Origin: Tricharina praecox
Taxonomy: Eukaryota
DNA length: 64,000 nt
NCBI RefSeq assembly: GCF_024521635.1
Contig: NW_026250406.1
Location: forward strand, 186,001-250,000
Direction: 5' to 3'
Made by a program: the position numbers and the translations under genes. Position 1 is the first letter of the stretch, and each line of letters begins with the position of its first letter. The notes under the pieces were generated by a model. It made no database searches. It saw only the letters and a program-made list of their open reading frames with translations, and had not been told where the DNA came from. Below, one piece after another: positions 49,572-61,224 of this stretch.

Positions 49572-50947
49572 ATGGTTACCCTCGACGAATACGCTACTAT
49601 CTTGCGCCGATCTGCTCTTGATCCGGAGCCTTCAGAAAATGGTAGCCTTTCCGAAGATGAAGATGAGGTTCAAGCAACTTGCTCGGAGGAACCCATTTCG
49701 TCGGAGGAGCCCACTGGGCCGGAGGAACCCACTGGGACTGAAGAACACACGGAGACGAAGGAACCTACTCAGCTAGAGGAACTCTTCGGGTCAGAGGACC
49801 TCGCGGAAATTGGCGCATTCAGAAGGTTTAATAGGTTCCTTTCTGAAGTAGATGAACCCACCGACACGATGGAAGCGGCGATGGCACGAACAAGTGCGTT
49901 TACATCGCACCAGAGGAAGCCCCCAACCACATCTACAGGTGATGATTATTTGAAGAGGATAGAGCGGATAAAAGAAGATTGCGACGAGTACGAAACTCAG
50001 CTGCTGGGTGGGATTGTCGATAATGGTAAGTGGTTTGGCATATGAATACGTACCAGAGCTTCCTTCATCAACAGCTTACTGACATCTCTGAAGAGAAAAT
50101 TAGCATTACGTATTCCGATATCCACGTTGATCGTTCCATTCTCGACAGCCTAGAAAATTTAACGACTCTTTCGCTGATCCACCCTGAAGCTTTCACATAC
50201 GGTGTGCTTCGTTCCAATCGGGTCTCTGGTGCGCTCCTCTATGGGCCTTCGGGAACGGGGAAGACACTCCTAGCTCGAGCGTTGTCCAAACAGGCAGGCG
50301 TCACTATGCTCGAAATCTCCGGTGCAGATGTTTTACAAAAGTGCGTCGGTGAGGGCGAGAAAATAGCTCGAGCAATCTTTTCACTCGCCCGCAAGCTGTC
50401 ACCTTGTATCGTTTTCATCGATGAAGCGGATTCCTTCCTCGCCAAACGCAAAGACGATGACAAACACCACGAACGTTCTATGATCAACCAGTTCCTGCGA
50501 GAATGGGACGGGATGGCGGCCGGTAACGGTGACGCTGCCTTTATTTTGCTGGCCACAAATCGTCCCTACGATCTCGAAACCGCCGTGCTTCGTCGTGTGC
50601 CCGCAAGATTTCTCATGGACATTCCGACGTCTGAGGCTAGAAAGGCCATCTTACAAATCCTCCTTAAGGAAGAGAAGCTGGGGCGCAAGGCCGACATCGA
50701 GACTCTCGCCGGAATGACAACATCATACACAGGCTCCGACCTCAAGAATCTTTGCGTCGCAGCTGCGCTCACCTGTGTCAGCGAGGAATATGCAAACGCT
50801 GCCGCCCGCAAAGCCCCAACCCCGAAACGGCGCATCATCAAAAGAGAACATTTCGACAAAGCGATGCTGACGGTCAAGCCGACTATAACCACTCCGGCCG
50901 ATTTGTCCCGGCTCAGAATGTTCGATAAGAGACCCGGTGGATTCTAG
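49572..50947 (+). CDS. AAA+ ATPase, Msp1/ATAD1/spastin (meiotic-clade)-like, short acidic N-terminus; 2 exons
   Basis: GALLYGPSGTGKT, IVFIDEAD, NQFLREWDG, ATNRPYDL..AVLRR, YTGSDLKNLC; intron approx. 50026-50092. Confidence 0.9.
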
Positions 50948-52179
50948 AGACGGGGATGCTGGCTTGTGGTCTTTTTTTTCCCTGTTCACCTGTTTTTTTT
51001 CCCTGATTGTTTCCTGGGTTCGACTTTCCTATGCACGCTCGATCTGTTTGCAGTCGGTGTAGAATTTGAAGAGAGAATTGGGCGTGGTGATTTAATATTA
51101 CTTTGCCATCCATCCACAGTACACAAAGCCTGGAAACCCAATTGGTAACCATAACTTGAAGTCTTGAATAGCACATGCATTGAGGCGTAGACGTCTGGGT
51201 GTGCGGTGCTAAACGCCTACGCGCTAGACGTTACCGTAGTTCATGGATCCCTTAAAACCGCTTGCACCTAACTAGAACTCCCAACTTCCAAGCCAACTCT
51301 TCCCTTCCCAGTTCCCCTTCTCTCCTCCCATTGCTTCTGGCCTTGACCGTCCACTGTCCAACTCACCATCCGCCCAACGGCCCGATCATCGATGTGGCTT
51401 CGCCTGCCCTCCGCCACCCTCCACCACCGTCTACCGTATTCACTAGTGTAGCTAACGGAGCGGGCTGTCACGAATACAGAATGATGAACCAAAAAACAGG
51501 CGGACGGAGCATACTTATAAATGTACAAATGAACGCGGCCTAGAGTACTTACATAGGGCTCCGATCCGTCCCAGGGATGCCGAGTCCTGACCCGCGGGGA
51601 TGGGTAATGCTCTTGTGGAGACCTCGCCAGTCGCGAGGTGCAGGTACTCTACCTACTATGCAAATACATACTCTAGGTACTCTAGATACTCCGGAACCTT
51701 CTCTCTCCGGCGCCCACAATGGTCTGTGCTTAACTACCTGGTATGGAACTTCTCGGCCCCGTCTTCTTAGCAAGCAGAGTCCCACCGGCGGATGGAAACG
51801 TAAACCCCGAGTTGTTATATGAGAGGGATATCTCTTTTTTGAATGCGTACGTATGTGCCGAGGCGGGTGCATAGTTTCACCACATACTCCGACTTTGTTT
51901 CAATACGACTTTGAGGGTTAGATTTGGATCGAATTCCCAGCTTTCACTCGAGCAGACAAACTGGTCAGGTACTATACTGCAGTATGAAGAAAATCCATTG
52001 TTACGCCCATCGCCAACACATAACCCACCCTATTACTCACATCGCTTAAAATCAAATCCGCTAGAAACGCTCCAAGAAAAACACAAACGCTCGCTCGCAA
52101 AGAGTGCCAACACGAATCATCAATCATCACTCATTTCTCGATCAACCCCTTGCACTCCTAGGTACCAGTGACCACCCGC

Positions 52180-52844
52180 CTAGTAGTTACTCCTGTACCA
52201 CGGCCTCCTCTTGGTGGCAATGCCTCCCTTCTTCAGGCGGTGGATGACCCAGAGGCCTAGGAAGAACGAGGCGAGCCACAGCATCGCAGAGATGAAGATG
52301 AATGCCAGCGAGGTTTTCCAGGTTGAGCACTCTGTTGGTACATGTGTCAGTGGCCACGGATTGAGAATGGAGGGGGGGGAAGGATCAGGGAAACGGGGGA
52401 ATGGGGAAAAGTTACCTTCTTCAACAGTTCCGCCGAGCCTGTAAACCGGCGACCACGCCGCGTACCACGTGCACGAGGCGGGCGCGAGGTAGTCCGCCAG
52501 GAGACCGAAGGAGATGATCTACCGTAGCCAATCCTCCGTGTTAGCGCGCTGCGCATCGCTCTTGTGGATCCTCTCCTCTTGCGTTAGACACATACCCAGA
52601 GAAGGAACATGACAAAATCCCACGGTAGCGGCGTCATAGCCCAAGTCATCGGGATCAGCAGGAGCAAGCTCGTGAAGATGGCAAGGCCCGCCACTACCTC
52701 GGTGTAGATGAAGCGATCACCGGGGTGCAGGCCCGCATCGTCCAGCACCGCGAGGTAGTGCCCGACTATGCCGGCGACTATGACCGCGCTAATGAGTTGG
52801 CCGCTGCGCAGGGCTAGGGAAACGGCGCGGGAGATCACGACCAT
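52180..52844 (-). CDS. Four-TM MARVEL-type integral membrane protein, 3 exons
   Basis: LALRSGQLISAVIVAGIVGHYL...RFIYTEVVA...WDFVMFLLW|IISFGLL...CSTWKTSLAFIFISAMLWLASFFLG; stop at 52180. Confidence 0.75.
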
Positions 52845-54447
52845 TGTGGGTGTTGTTTGGGGTGGGAGGAGCTGGACTGGGCGTGGTGTGCTCGTGGGTT
52901 GTGTTGCTGTGTTGCTGTGATACTGCGTGCTGTGATACTGCGTGCTGTGATGCTGTACTCTACTCTACTGCTGTGCTGCTCTGAAGAGTTTTATAAACAC
53001 GAGACGGTCCTCTGTGGTTCCCTGTTTTACAGTCTTCCCTCCCTCGTCTCCAGATCGCAGATTCTCAGACGATAGTAGTCGACAACAAGGCTGCTACCTA
53101 GCAGCTACCTACCATTTACCGCGTGAAGTCATACGGCACATCATCGTGCACGCCAGCGGGGGGGGGCAAACCTGCTTCTCCGCGCCCTGGCAGCCAACCA
53201 GGCGACAGCAAGCATCATGTGTTACACATCTACGGCATTCCTTGAAGAAAAGAAAAGAAAAAGGCCGACCGACGATCCCCGACGACAACGACGTCGGTCG
53301 GCGGGCCAAGAGCCAGTTACGCCACTCCCACACAGCACAGGCGGACGGCTGCCATGCCATGCACCTGTCAGACGATAGATCCCGTTGCAACTTGCGAGTC
53401 GTGGCTTGGCTTGTCGCTTCGAACCGCGCGAACGAAGCTATGCATATGAACATCCCACATATTCCGCTCGCAGCAACATCGCTCGACGCTCGACGCTCGT
53501 GGCAAAACTCGTCATGATCGAAAACGAAAACAGAGCATACTCCGAGAGCTGGGCAGGATTTCGGAGGGAGTCGGGCTGCCCTTCCCCGTGACCAGCAACG
53601 CCGATGATGCCGTGGATATGTAGATTAATTGCGACTTCGCCTAATGGTTGGCTGCCCCTCTCATCTGTCGTGAAATTTGGAATTCCACCTTCCTCGCTTC
53701 TGCTGCTGGACTGGACGCAGGTGAGATGTAATCAGCAAAAGTACCGGTCTACTCTAACCACCCCCACCCACCCTCCCGGACCCAATCCCAATCCCAATCC
53801 CCACCGAATCCCGCAGCCCTGCGTAAGTGGACCGGTCCGTGGAGTACTCGTATTGCATAGTAATCACGAATTCCAAATCGCCATAGTTACCACTGTGCAC
53901 TCTACCACTCTACCAGTACCCTGTCTTCACTCCACTCCGTCGAACCGTATCCACCCTGCCTAGAGTACGCACGTCGCATATGCAGAATCCTTAGACAATC
54001 CCACATCCACATGTCTTTTAGAAATCCCCACGCTCTAGAATTCCAAATGCGTCGCACGCATAGAGCACCGACGGTTCCGTGGAAGAAAGAAAAGGAAAGA
54101 AAGAAGACGGAAAAAAGGATCGTACGACTCCGCGGCGAGCAGGTATATAAACGGTCGTGGCTGGGAGGCGGAGCGGTTCAGGGTGAACAATAGTTAGCTC
54201 AACCTACCAACCAGCCAACCAAGCACACAAGCGACTGACGTCATCGAAAGAGCTCATCTCACCACCACTACCATCATCACCACCACCACCGTCACCATCA
54301 CTACCGTCACCACCACCACCACCACCATCATCACCACAACCACCACAACCACAACCACAACAGTTCCAACACACCACCAACCACCCGTGTCCGAAACCTT
54401 CAGAAACACCTCCAACCACGCATCACCAACACCCTCAAACGCACACC

Positions 54448-55335
54448 ATGACCTCTCCCAACCCACACCTCGTGATCCGCAGCATCACGCCGCAGATCTC
54501 GACTCTCAGCGTCCCCTTCCTGCGCTTCAACCGTATCAAATTCGGGGGGCGAGCGACACTCCTACAGCTCTCCAGCGGGAGCCTCGCCGTATTCTCGCCA
54601 ATCCCGTTGACAGCGGACGTGCGCGCGCACATCAACAGTCTCGGCGGTCGTGTGGGGTACATAATCGCGCCAGACATGGAGCACCACATGCAGTTGGGGG
54701 CTTACAAGAGTGCGTTCCCGTCGGCTCTGGTGATCGGCCCGCACGGGCTGCGCGAGAAGCGCGCGCGCCAGGGAGATCAGGACGTTCCCATCGACTTTGA
54801 GTATGCTCGCGGGAATAAAGAGCTGAAACTGCCCGAGGAGCTGGCGAGAGAGGTCGATGTCGAGTATTGGGATGGGCATGCGAGTAAAGAGATCGTGCTG
54901 CTGCATAAACCCTCCCGAACACTCGTCCAGGCGGATCTATTCTTCAATCTGCCCGCGAGGGAACAGTATAGCCGCAGCGGAGAGGATGCGAGCAAGGGCT
55001 GGCCCACCAGGATTGCCCAGCACTTCATGAATACCACCCCTGGACATAAGGGACAGCAGAGGTTTATTTGGTGAGTTGCCTTGTCCGCGTTCTCCTCTCC
55101 TTACAAATACTGATGGTGCCATAGGTATGCCCTCGCAAAGGACAAGGCCTCCTTCGCCGCCTCGGCACGGAAAGTCGCCGCGTGGGATTTCGACAGGATC
55201 ATTCCGTGAGTCTTCCCCATCTCCGCTCGCTTCACTCTTTTCCCTCACTGACATGACACTTCCAGATGCCACGGAGACGTCATCGAAACCGGTGGAAAGG
55301 ATGTATTCCACCGATTGTTTGCATGGCACTTGTAG
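54448..55335 (+). CDS. DUF4336-like (metallo-beta-lactamase-fold-related) protein, 3 exons
   Basis: SVPFLRF..IKFGGRAT, VFSP, YIIAPDMEHH, KEIVLLHKPSRTLVQADLFFNLP, WDFDRIIP|CHGDVIETGG. Confidence 0.8.
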
Positions 55336-55681
55336 TTCATATCTCTTAGTTCGAGCTTTCAGTTAATGGGTTTCTGTTCCATTAATTTGTCCGCATGTCT
55401 TGATAGTTTTTGTACAGTAATAATGACAGTCATCATCGCATCATTCCACCAATCACACCGATCATGAAGGGTTCTGTTCTACCCAGCTACCTATTATACA
55501 ACCACACAGTATCTCCCACGAAACGAAAGCAATAACTCCCCCGACCAAACCCGCTTAAAAGAAAAGAAAAAGAAAAAGACGGAGTAAAAAAGACAAGAAA
55601 CCGCCCATGGAAGCATTGGTAGGTACCGTATTGCATCACGCATCATCCATAGCATAGACATCTAGGTACTACGCCCGAAAC

Positions 55682-56228
55682 TTAGACGACCGCCCGTCCG
55701 GTGAGCATGCTCCTCGAGTGCTTCTCCCTGTAGACCAAGAAAGCGCCACCTATCTCCGTGTTAGCCACTCCCTCTCTCTCTCTCACCACGATCGCTCCGT
55801 TCGGGGGGGGGAGACATACCAACAGCAGACGCAAACCACAGCAACATGCCGACCATATTGATCCACGTGCCGGCGCGCATATTCCTTCCCATACCGCCAT
55901 ACCCCCCCTTATCGACCCAGACCTTGCCAGTAACACCAAACAGTGCAGCCCAAAGAATAAACAGGACCGCATCCCAAGGACAAAACTTGTGGCTTGCCAG
56001 GTTCGGCAGGAGGTACACGGCGGCGGTCACGATGCTGAGCACGCCGACGATGATAGCGTAGATTATTGATGACTTTGACGACGGGTGAGACGAGTGGTAC
56101 ACTCGCAGCTCGTGAGAGTAGATGCCGATTATTATGAGTGCGACCAGGATTTGCACGCTGCGTAGGAGGATGCGCAGGATCCGGATCGCGGGCGTCGTCG
56201 TGCGGTGCGCGGTGATTTTTTCGACCAT
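55682..56228 (-). CDS. Second four-TM MARVEL-type membrane protein, 2 exons
   Basis: ILLRSVQILVALIIIGIY...IIYAIIVGVLS...WDAVLFILWAALFGV.GK...MRAGTWINMVGMLLWFASA; intron, then GGAFLVYREKHSRSMLTGRAVV*. Confidence 0.75.
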
Positions 56229-56762
56229 TTTGACGGTTGTGGGGTGGGTTTGTGTTTGTGTGGGGAGGCGTGGAAGGTGGTAGTGATAGTGGTGGCGGTG
56301 GTGGTGGCGGTGGTGGTGAGAGGTGGGAAGGTGTTTGTGAGTGTGTAGGAGGTGTAGGTATTTAGGTGAATGGTCGAGAGTGAGGGAGGAGCTGTTGAGA
56401 GGTGTAGGAGTGAGAGCAAAATTATCGGATCAGAGTAAGAAGAGTCAAGAACAGCAAACGGGTGGTTTTATGTTCTCGACCTTGAATCGTTCAGGTGGTT
56501 ATCAAGAACCGGCCATTCAAGGTTACCGGTATAAGCGTCGGCGTTTAAATGACGTACGCCAGGGATTATCCTCACGACACATCACTCGCCAGGTCGAGCG
56601 GTACGCCATTGGTGTTTCACATGTCCTGCAGAAATGAAAAAAGGCGAAACAAAACGGCTTCCATAAATAAACCTCAATTCAATTCAATTCAAATTTCATC
56701 ACCTCGTGGTATCATATTGCATCTATATATTTCCGGCGCCACACAATACTCTACACACCCCA

Positions 56763-59062
56763 CTACGCGCCACCCCCCTCTCCCGCCTCTTCCTCAAATA
56801 GCACAAGCGTAACACCCGCCTTGACGACATCCTATCCTCATCGTTAGCATTTCTCCACGGACAAGCGGGGAGGGTGAAACATAAACATACCCCCTCCGGA
56901 TGGACAATCTTCCGGACCACTCCATCTACCGGACTCCTGATGACCGTCTCCATCTTCATACTCTCGATGACGACGAGCGGCTGGTCCTTCTTCACCTCCT
57001 GGCCCTCTTTTACATCGACGCGGAGAACTTTGCACGGCATTGGTGCCACCACACTGTTCGACGCCTCCTTCGGGCCGCGGAGCTTCTCAAGCCATGCTGG
57101 CGTTGATAGAGTCAGTTGGTGTTGTTTGCCGTGCTGGAAGACGAAGAGCTTGTCGTCGTCGCGGACGATGGTGGATTCGATTCTGGTGTGGGGGTAGTAG
57201 CCGTAGAGGGTAGAGCTGTCCTGGCGGATCATGACGGCGGGGAGCAAAGTGGTGCCGATGGTGATATTGTAGCTGTCGGCTGTGGCTTGGGATACTTCTA
57301 CGGCAATGGGAGTCTCGCTGTGGCCGTCGGAGAAGTGAAGGACGCGAGTTTGGAAGCCACCCGAGTAGCCAATGCCGCCGCCGAGGGTGGTGAAGGGGTC
57401 GGCCGGGAGCAGGGGTTGGCTCTCCGAGAGGATGATGGAGAGGGCAGCTTGCGAGAAGACTTCCGGTGGGGTTTGCGAAGCAGCGAAGAGCTCATCGTGA
57501 TGCTTCGGGATGAACCCTGTCTCGACATTGCCGGCGATGAAGTCGGGATGTGCTGCGAGCGTCTTGAGGAACTCGATATTCGTCGATGGACCGGCGACTT
57601 GATAGTCCTCGAGAGCAACGCGTAGTTTCGCCAGTGCCGCTTCACGGGTGTCTCCTTTAACGATGAGTTTTGCAATCATGGGATCGTAGAAAGTCGTGAT
57701 CTCATCCCCCTGCCGAAAACCACTATCGATGCGCACACTCTCCGTCACCTTGGGGGTCTGCAGATGCAGTAGCATCCCGGAGTCGGGAATAAAACCCTTC
57801 TCTGGGTTCTCCGCGTAAATCCTCGCCTCAAACGCATGTCCATTCAACCCTGCCTCGACCTGCTCTTGCGTCATCGGCAGTGGCTGTCCCGACGCCACAA
57901 GGACCTGCCAATACACTAGATCCACGCCCGTCACCATCTCCGTCACCGGATGCTCGACTTGCAATCGCGTGTTCATCTCCATGAAGAAGAACTCCCCCGT
58001 GTCGTTGTCGAAGATGAACTCCACTGTGCCTGCTCCTTGATACCCCACCGCCAGCGCCGCATCCCGTGCCTTTTTCCAGATATCCTTTCTGATCTCCGGA
58101 TCCAGTAGCGGTGCGGGGGACTCTTCGATGATCTTCTGATGCCGCCTCTGCACCGAGCAATCTCTCTCTCCCAGGGCAACGCAGTTCCCGAAGTTATCTG
58201 CGAAAACCTGGACCTCTATATGCCTCGGGGTGGTAATATACCGCTCAACAAGCACCGTGTCATCACCAAACGACGACTTGCTCTCCGACTTTGCCGAATC
58301 CAGCATGGCATGGAACTCGGCAGCAGAGGTAGCAATCCTCATTCCCTTGCCACCACCACCTTTCACTGCCTTAATCAACACCGGATACCCCATCTCCTCC
58401 GCCTGCTGCGCTAAGAAAGCTGGGTCCTGGTTGGAACCGTGGTAGCCGGGAACGCAGGGAACTCCCGCGGATAACATAATATCCTTTGATGCACTGTCGC
58501 CTGTCAATCAGCCATTCCCCTTTCCAAGCTGTAGATGAACAAACCTCTTATTCCCCATACTCTCGATTGCATTCGGCGGCGGGCCAATGAACACAATCCC
58601 CTCCTCAGCACACCTCTTCGCGAACGCGGAGTTCTCACTCAACTACCCATCGTCCACAATCAGCCCTCTCCTCCCCGGTTTTCCTAGGAGTACTCACAAA
58701 TCCATACCCCGGATGCACCGCATCACAGCCCCAACCCTTTGCTACACGCAGGATCTTCTCCGCATCGAGGTATGCACTCGCCTCGCCGAGGTTCACGGAG
58801 TACGGCGAAGCATGTGCGTGCTCCGAGGCGGCATCGGGGGCGGTGTACACGGTTGTCGTGCGGATTCCGTGGAGTGCGGCCGTGCGGGAGACCCGGCTGG
58901 GAGATGTTAGCTTTAACGAGGAGGAGGAGGGAGGAGCTGGTGGGCGGACAGTGCAATCTCGCCGCGGTTGGCGATCAAGATGTTTCGGATTGGCCGGGGG
59001 GCTTCGGTGCTGGTTGAGTAGAGGCGCCGGCGGAGCGCGGTGAAGAGGGGTCTGGCAGACAT
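56763..59062 (-). CDS. mccA: 3-methylcrotonyl-CoA carboxylase alpha (biotin) subunit
   Basis: Presequence, [52 protein letters not shown], biotinyl motif ESMKME; clustered with ivdA and mccB. Confidence 0.93.
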
Positions 59063-59427
59063 CGTGTGCTTGCTTTCTGTAAGGTTTCTTTGTTGTGGTC
59101 CGTTGCTGGTGGGAATGATATCTAGCATACGGCTCGAGACTCGAGAGCTCCCTGCGAGCTGGGCACGGCTATTCGCGGCGTTGCAGATGATCACGGGCTG
59201 GAATCTGGGGTAACACCTTCCTGATATGGTAGGCGAGAGGGGACACTCTACGAAGGCTAATTGGCGTTGAGTGCGGGGGACGCCGCGATTGGGAGTGACG
59301 GTCTAGTGGGGAGCTCCGTGACATGATCACAAGCCATTTGGGGAGACGAGTGGAATCTGGATTCACGTGGGAGTCGGGACGAGGTATCTTTCTATTCCTG
59401 TCTACTATGAGCTAGACTACAAGGGCC

Positions 59428-60951
59428 CTATGCAAACTCTTTGTTGAACGAGCGTCCAATGACGATCTGGCGAACCTCCGTTGAGCCGGCGCCAATGGTA
59501 TACAGCTATGGATATCATCAGTTTGAATTGCAGGAGTCCAAAGTGAGGGTATCTCACCTTCGAGTCTCTCAGCAGTCTTCCGGCAGGGATCTCATTGATG
59601 TAGCCATTCCCCCCCATACACTGGATGGTGTCGAGGGCACACTCGACGGCTCTATCAGAGGCGAACATGATAGCTCCGGCACAATCGCGAGTATCGATTG
59701 TCCCCTCGTCGACGGACCTCGCAGCCGCATAGGTATATGCCCGTGCGGCCGCAAGCTTCACGTGCATGTCTGCTAGCTTCGCCTGGATCAATTGGTTGTG
59801 TGCGATTGGGATGCCGAATTGCTTGCGTGCATGGACGTAGGGGAGGGTTACGTCGAGGCATTTCTGCATTATGCTGTCACTCGTCTCAGCATCATCTCGG
59901 TGAACGATCATGGTGGGGAAAGAGAATATACCCAATAGGCCCAGCGCTCAGCACCAGCCGCTCGAGATCAAGCCCGGACATCAAGACGCGAGCGCCCTTA
60001 TTCTCTTCGCCCAGCTGGTTTTCAGCGGGGATCTCCACGTCTTCGAACACTAACTCTCCCGTGTTCGAGCCCCGCATTCCTAATTTGTCTAGCTTCTGCG
60101 CGATGCTGAAGCCTTTCATGCCCTTCTCCACTATTGTTGCGGTTATCCCCTTCGAGCCGGCGTCCGGTGCGGATTTGGCGTACACCACGACAACGTCTGC
60201 ATCCGGCCCCTGTGGAGAAATGAAAAGTTAGCCACCTGTAAACACGGTTATACCGAGGGTAAAAGCTAGGAAACATCAACGTACATTGGTGATCCACATC
60301 TTAGTCCCGTTGAGCACCCACCCACCCCCATCGCTTTTCTTGAGCCCACTCCTCATACTAACCACATCACTGCCGGCGGAGTGCTCACTCATCGCCAGGG
60401 CTCCTACCAGCTCCCCAGAGATTAGTCCCGGCAGCCACCGCTCCTTCTGCTCCTTCGTTCCATGCAGCGTGAGCTGGTTGATACACAGTTGCGAGTGCGC
60501 AGCATACGACAGGCCAATGCTCGCACTCGCACGACTGAGCTCCTCCATCACCACGCAGTGCGCCTGGTACCCCATGTCCAAACCGCCATAGTCTTCCTCG
60601 GCCGTGATACCCAGGAAGCCCGCGGACCCCATCTTTTCCCACATTTCGGACGGGAATTCATTGCTCTTGTCGACCTGGGCGGCGAATTCTTCGGGGATCT
60701 CGCGGCCTGTGGGCGGGGATTAACTGGGCTCTGAAGGAGAGGGGATACGGAGGCGTACGGGTAAATTCTTGTACGCGCTCCCGAAGCTCGGTAAGGTCTT
60801 CGCTGGTAGGAGCTTTGAATGTCGTGGTTTGCTTAGTGGAGGCGAGGCGGTGGGCGGCTAGAAGGTAGCTTGGGTGGGATATGGGAGCTCGTGGTCGTAG
60901 CTGTCGCGCAGCGCGGAAGATGTGCGGGCGGAGGGAGGATAAGCAACTCAT
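59428..60951 (-). CDS. ivdA: Isovaleryl-CoA dehydrogenase
   Basis: [93 protein letters not shown]. Confidence 0.95.
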
Positions 60952-61224
60952 GGCGAATAGGGATATGGGAGAAGGAAGACTGTAATTTCCTGAGAAGGTA
61001 TCTGTAGTAGTCAATTGCGATCACAAAGGCGATTACGCAGGTTATCTATCTACTGCTTGCAGGCTAGGCCGGGGAGCTGTGTGCGTGGAGCTGTGTCCCC
61101 CGTGTCGGCTACATGCGGCATTGGCCGTACGCATGACTATGGCTGCTGCCCGTCGAGTCTCAAGCTATATCATCAACCCCCCTCTAGATCTCAGTCCCAC
61201 CACCACCATCACCACCACGGCACA

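Noticed and set aside
53263..53303. 11-bp inverted repeat (gccgaccgacg...cgtcggtcggc)
   Set aside because: Isolated short hairpin in GC-rich DNA with no TSD or second copy; compatible with chance.
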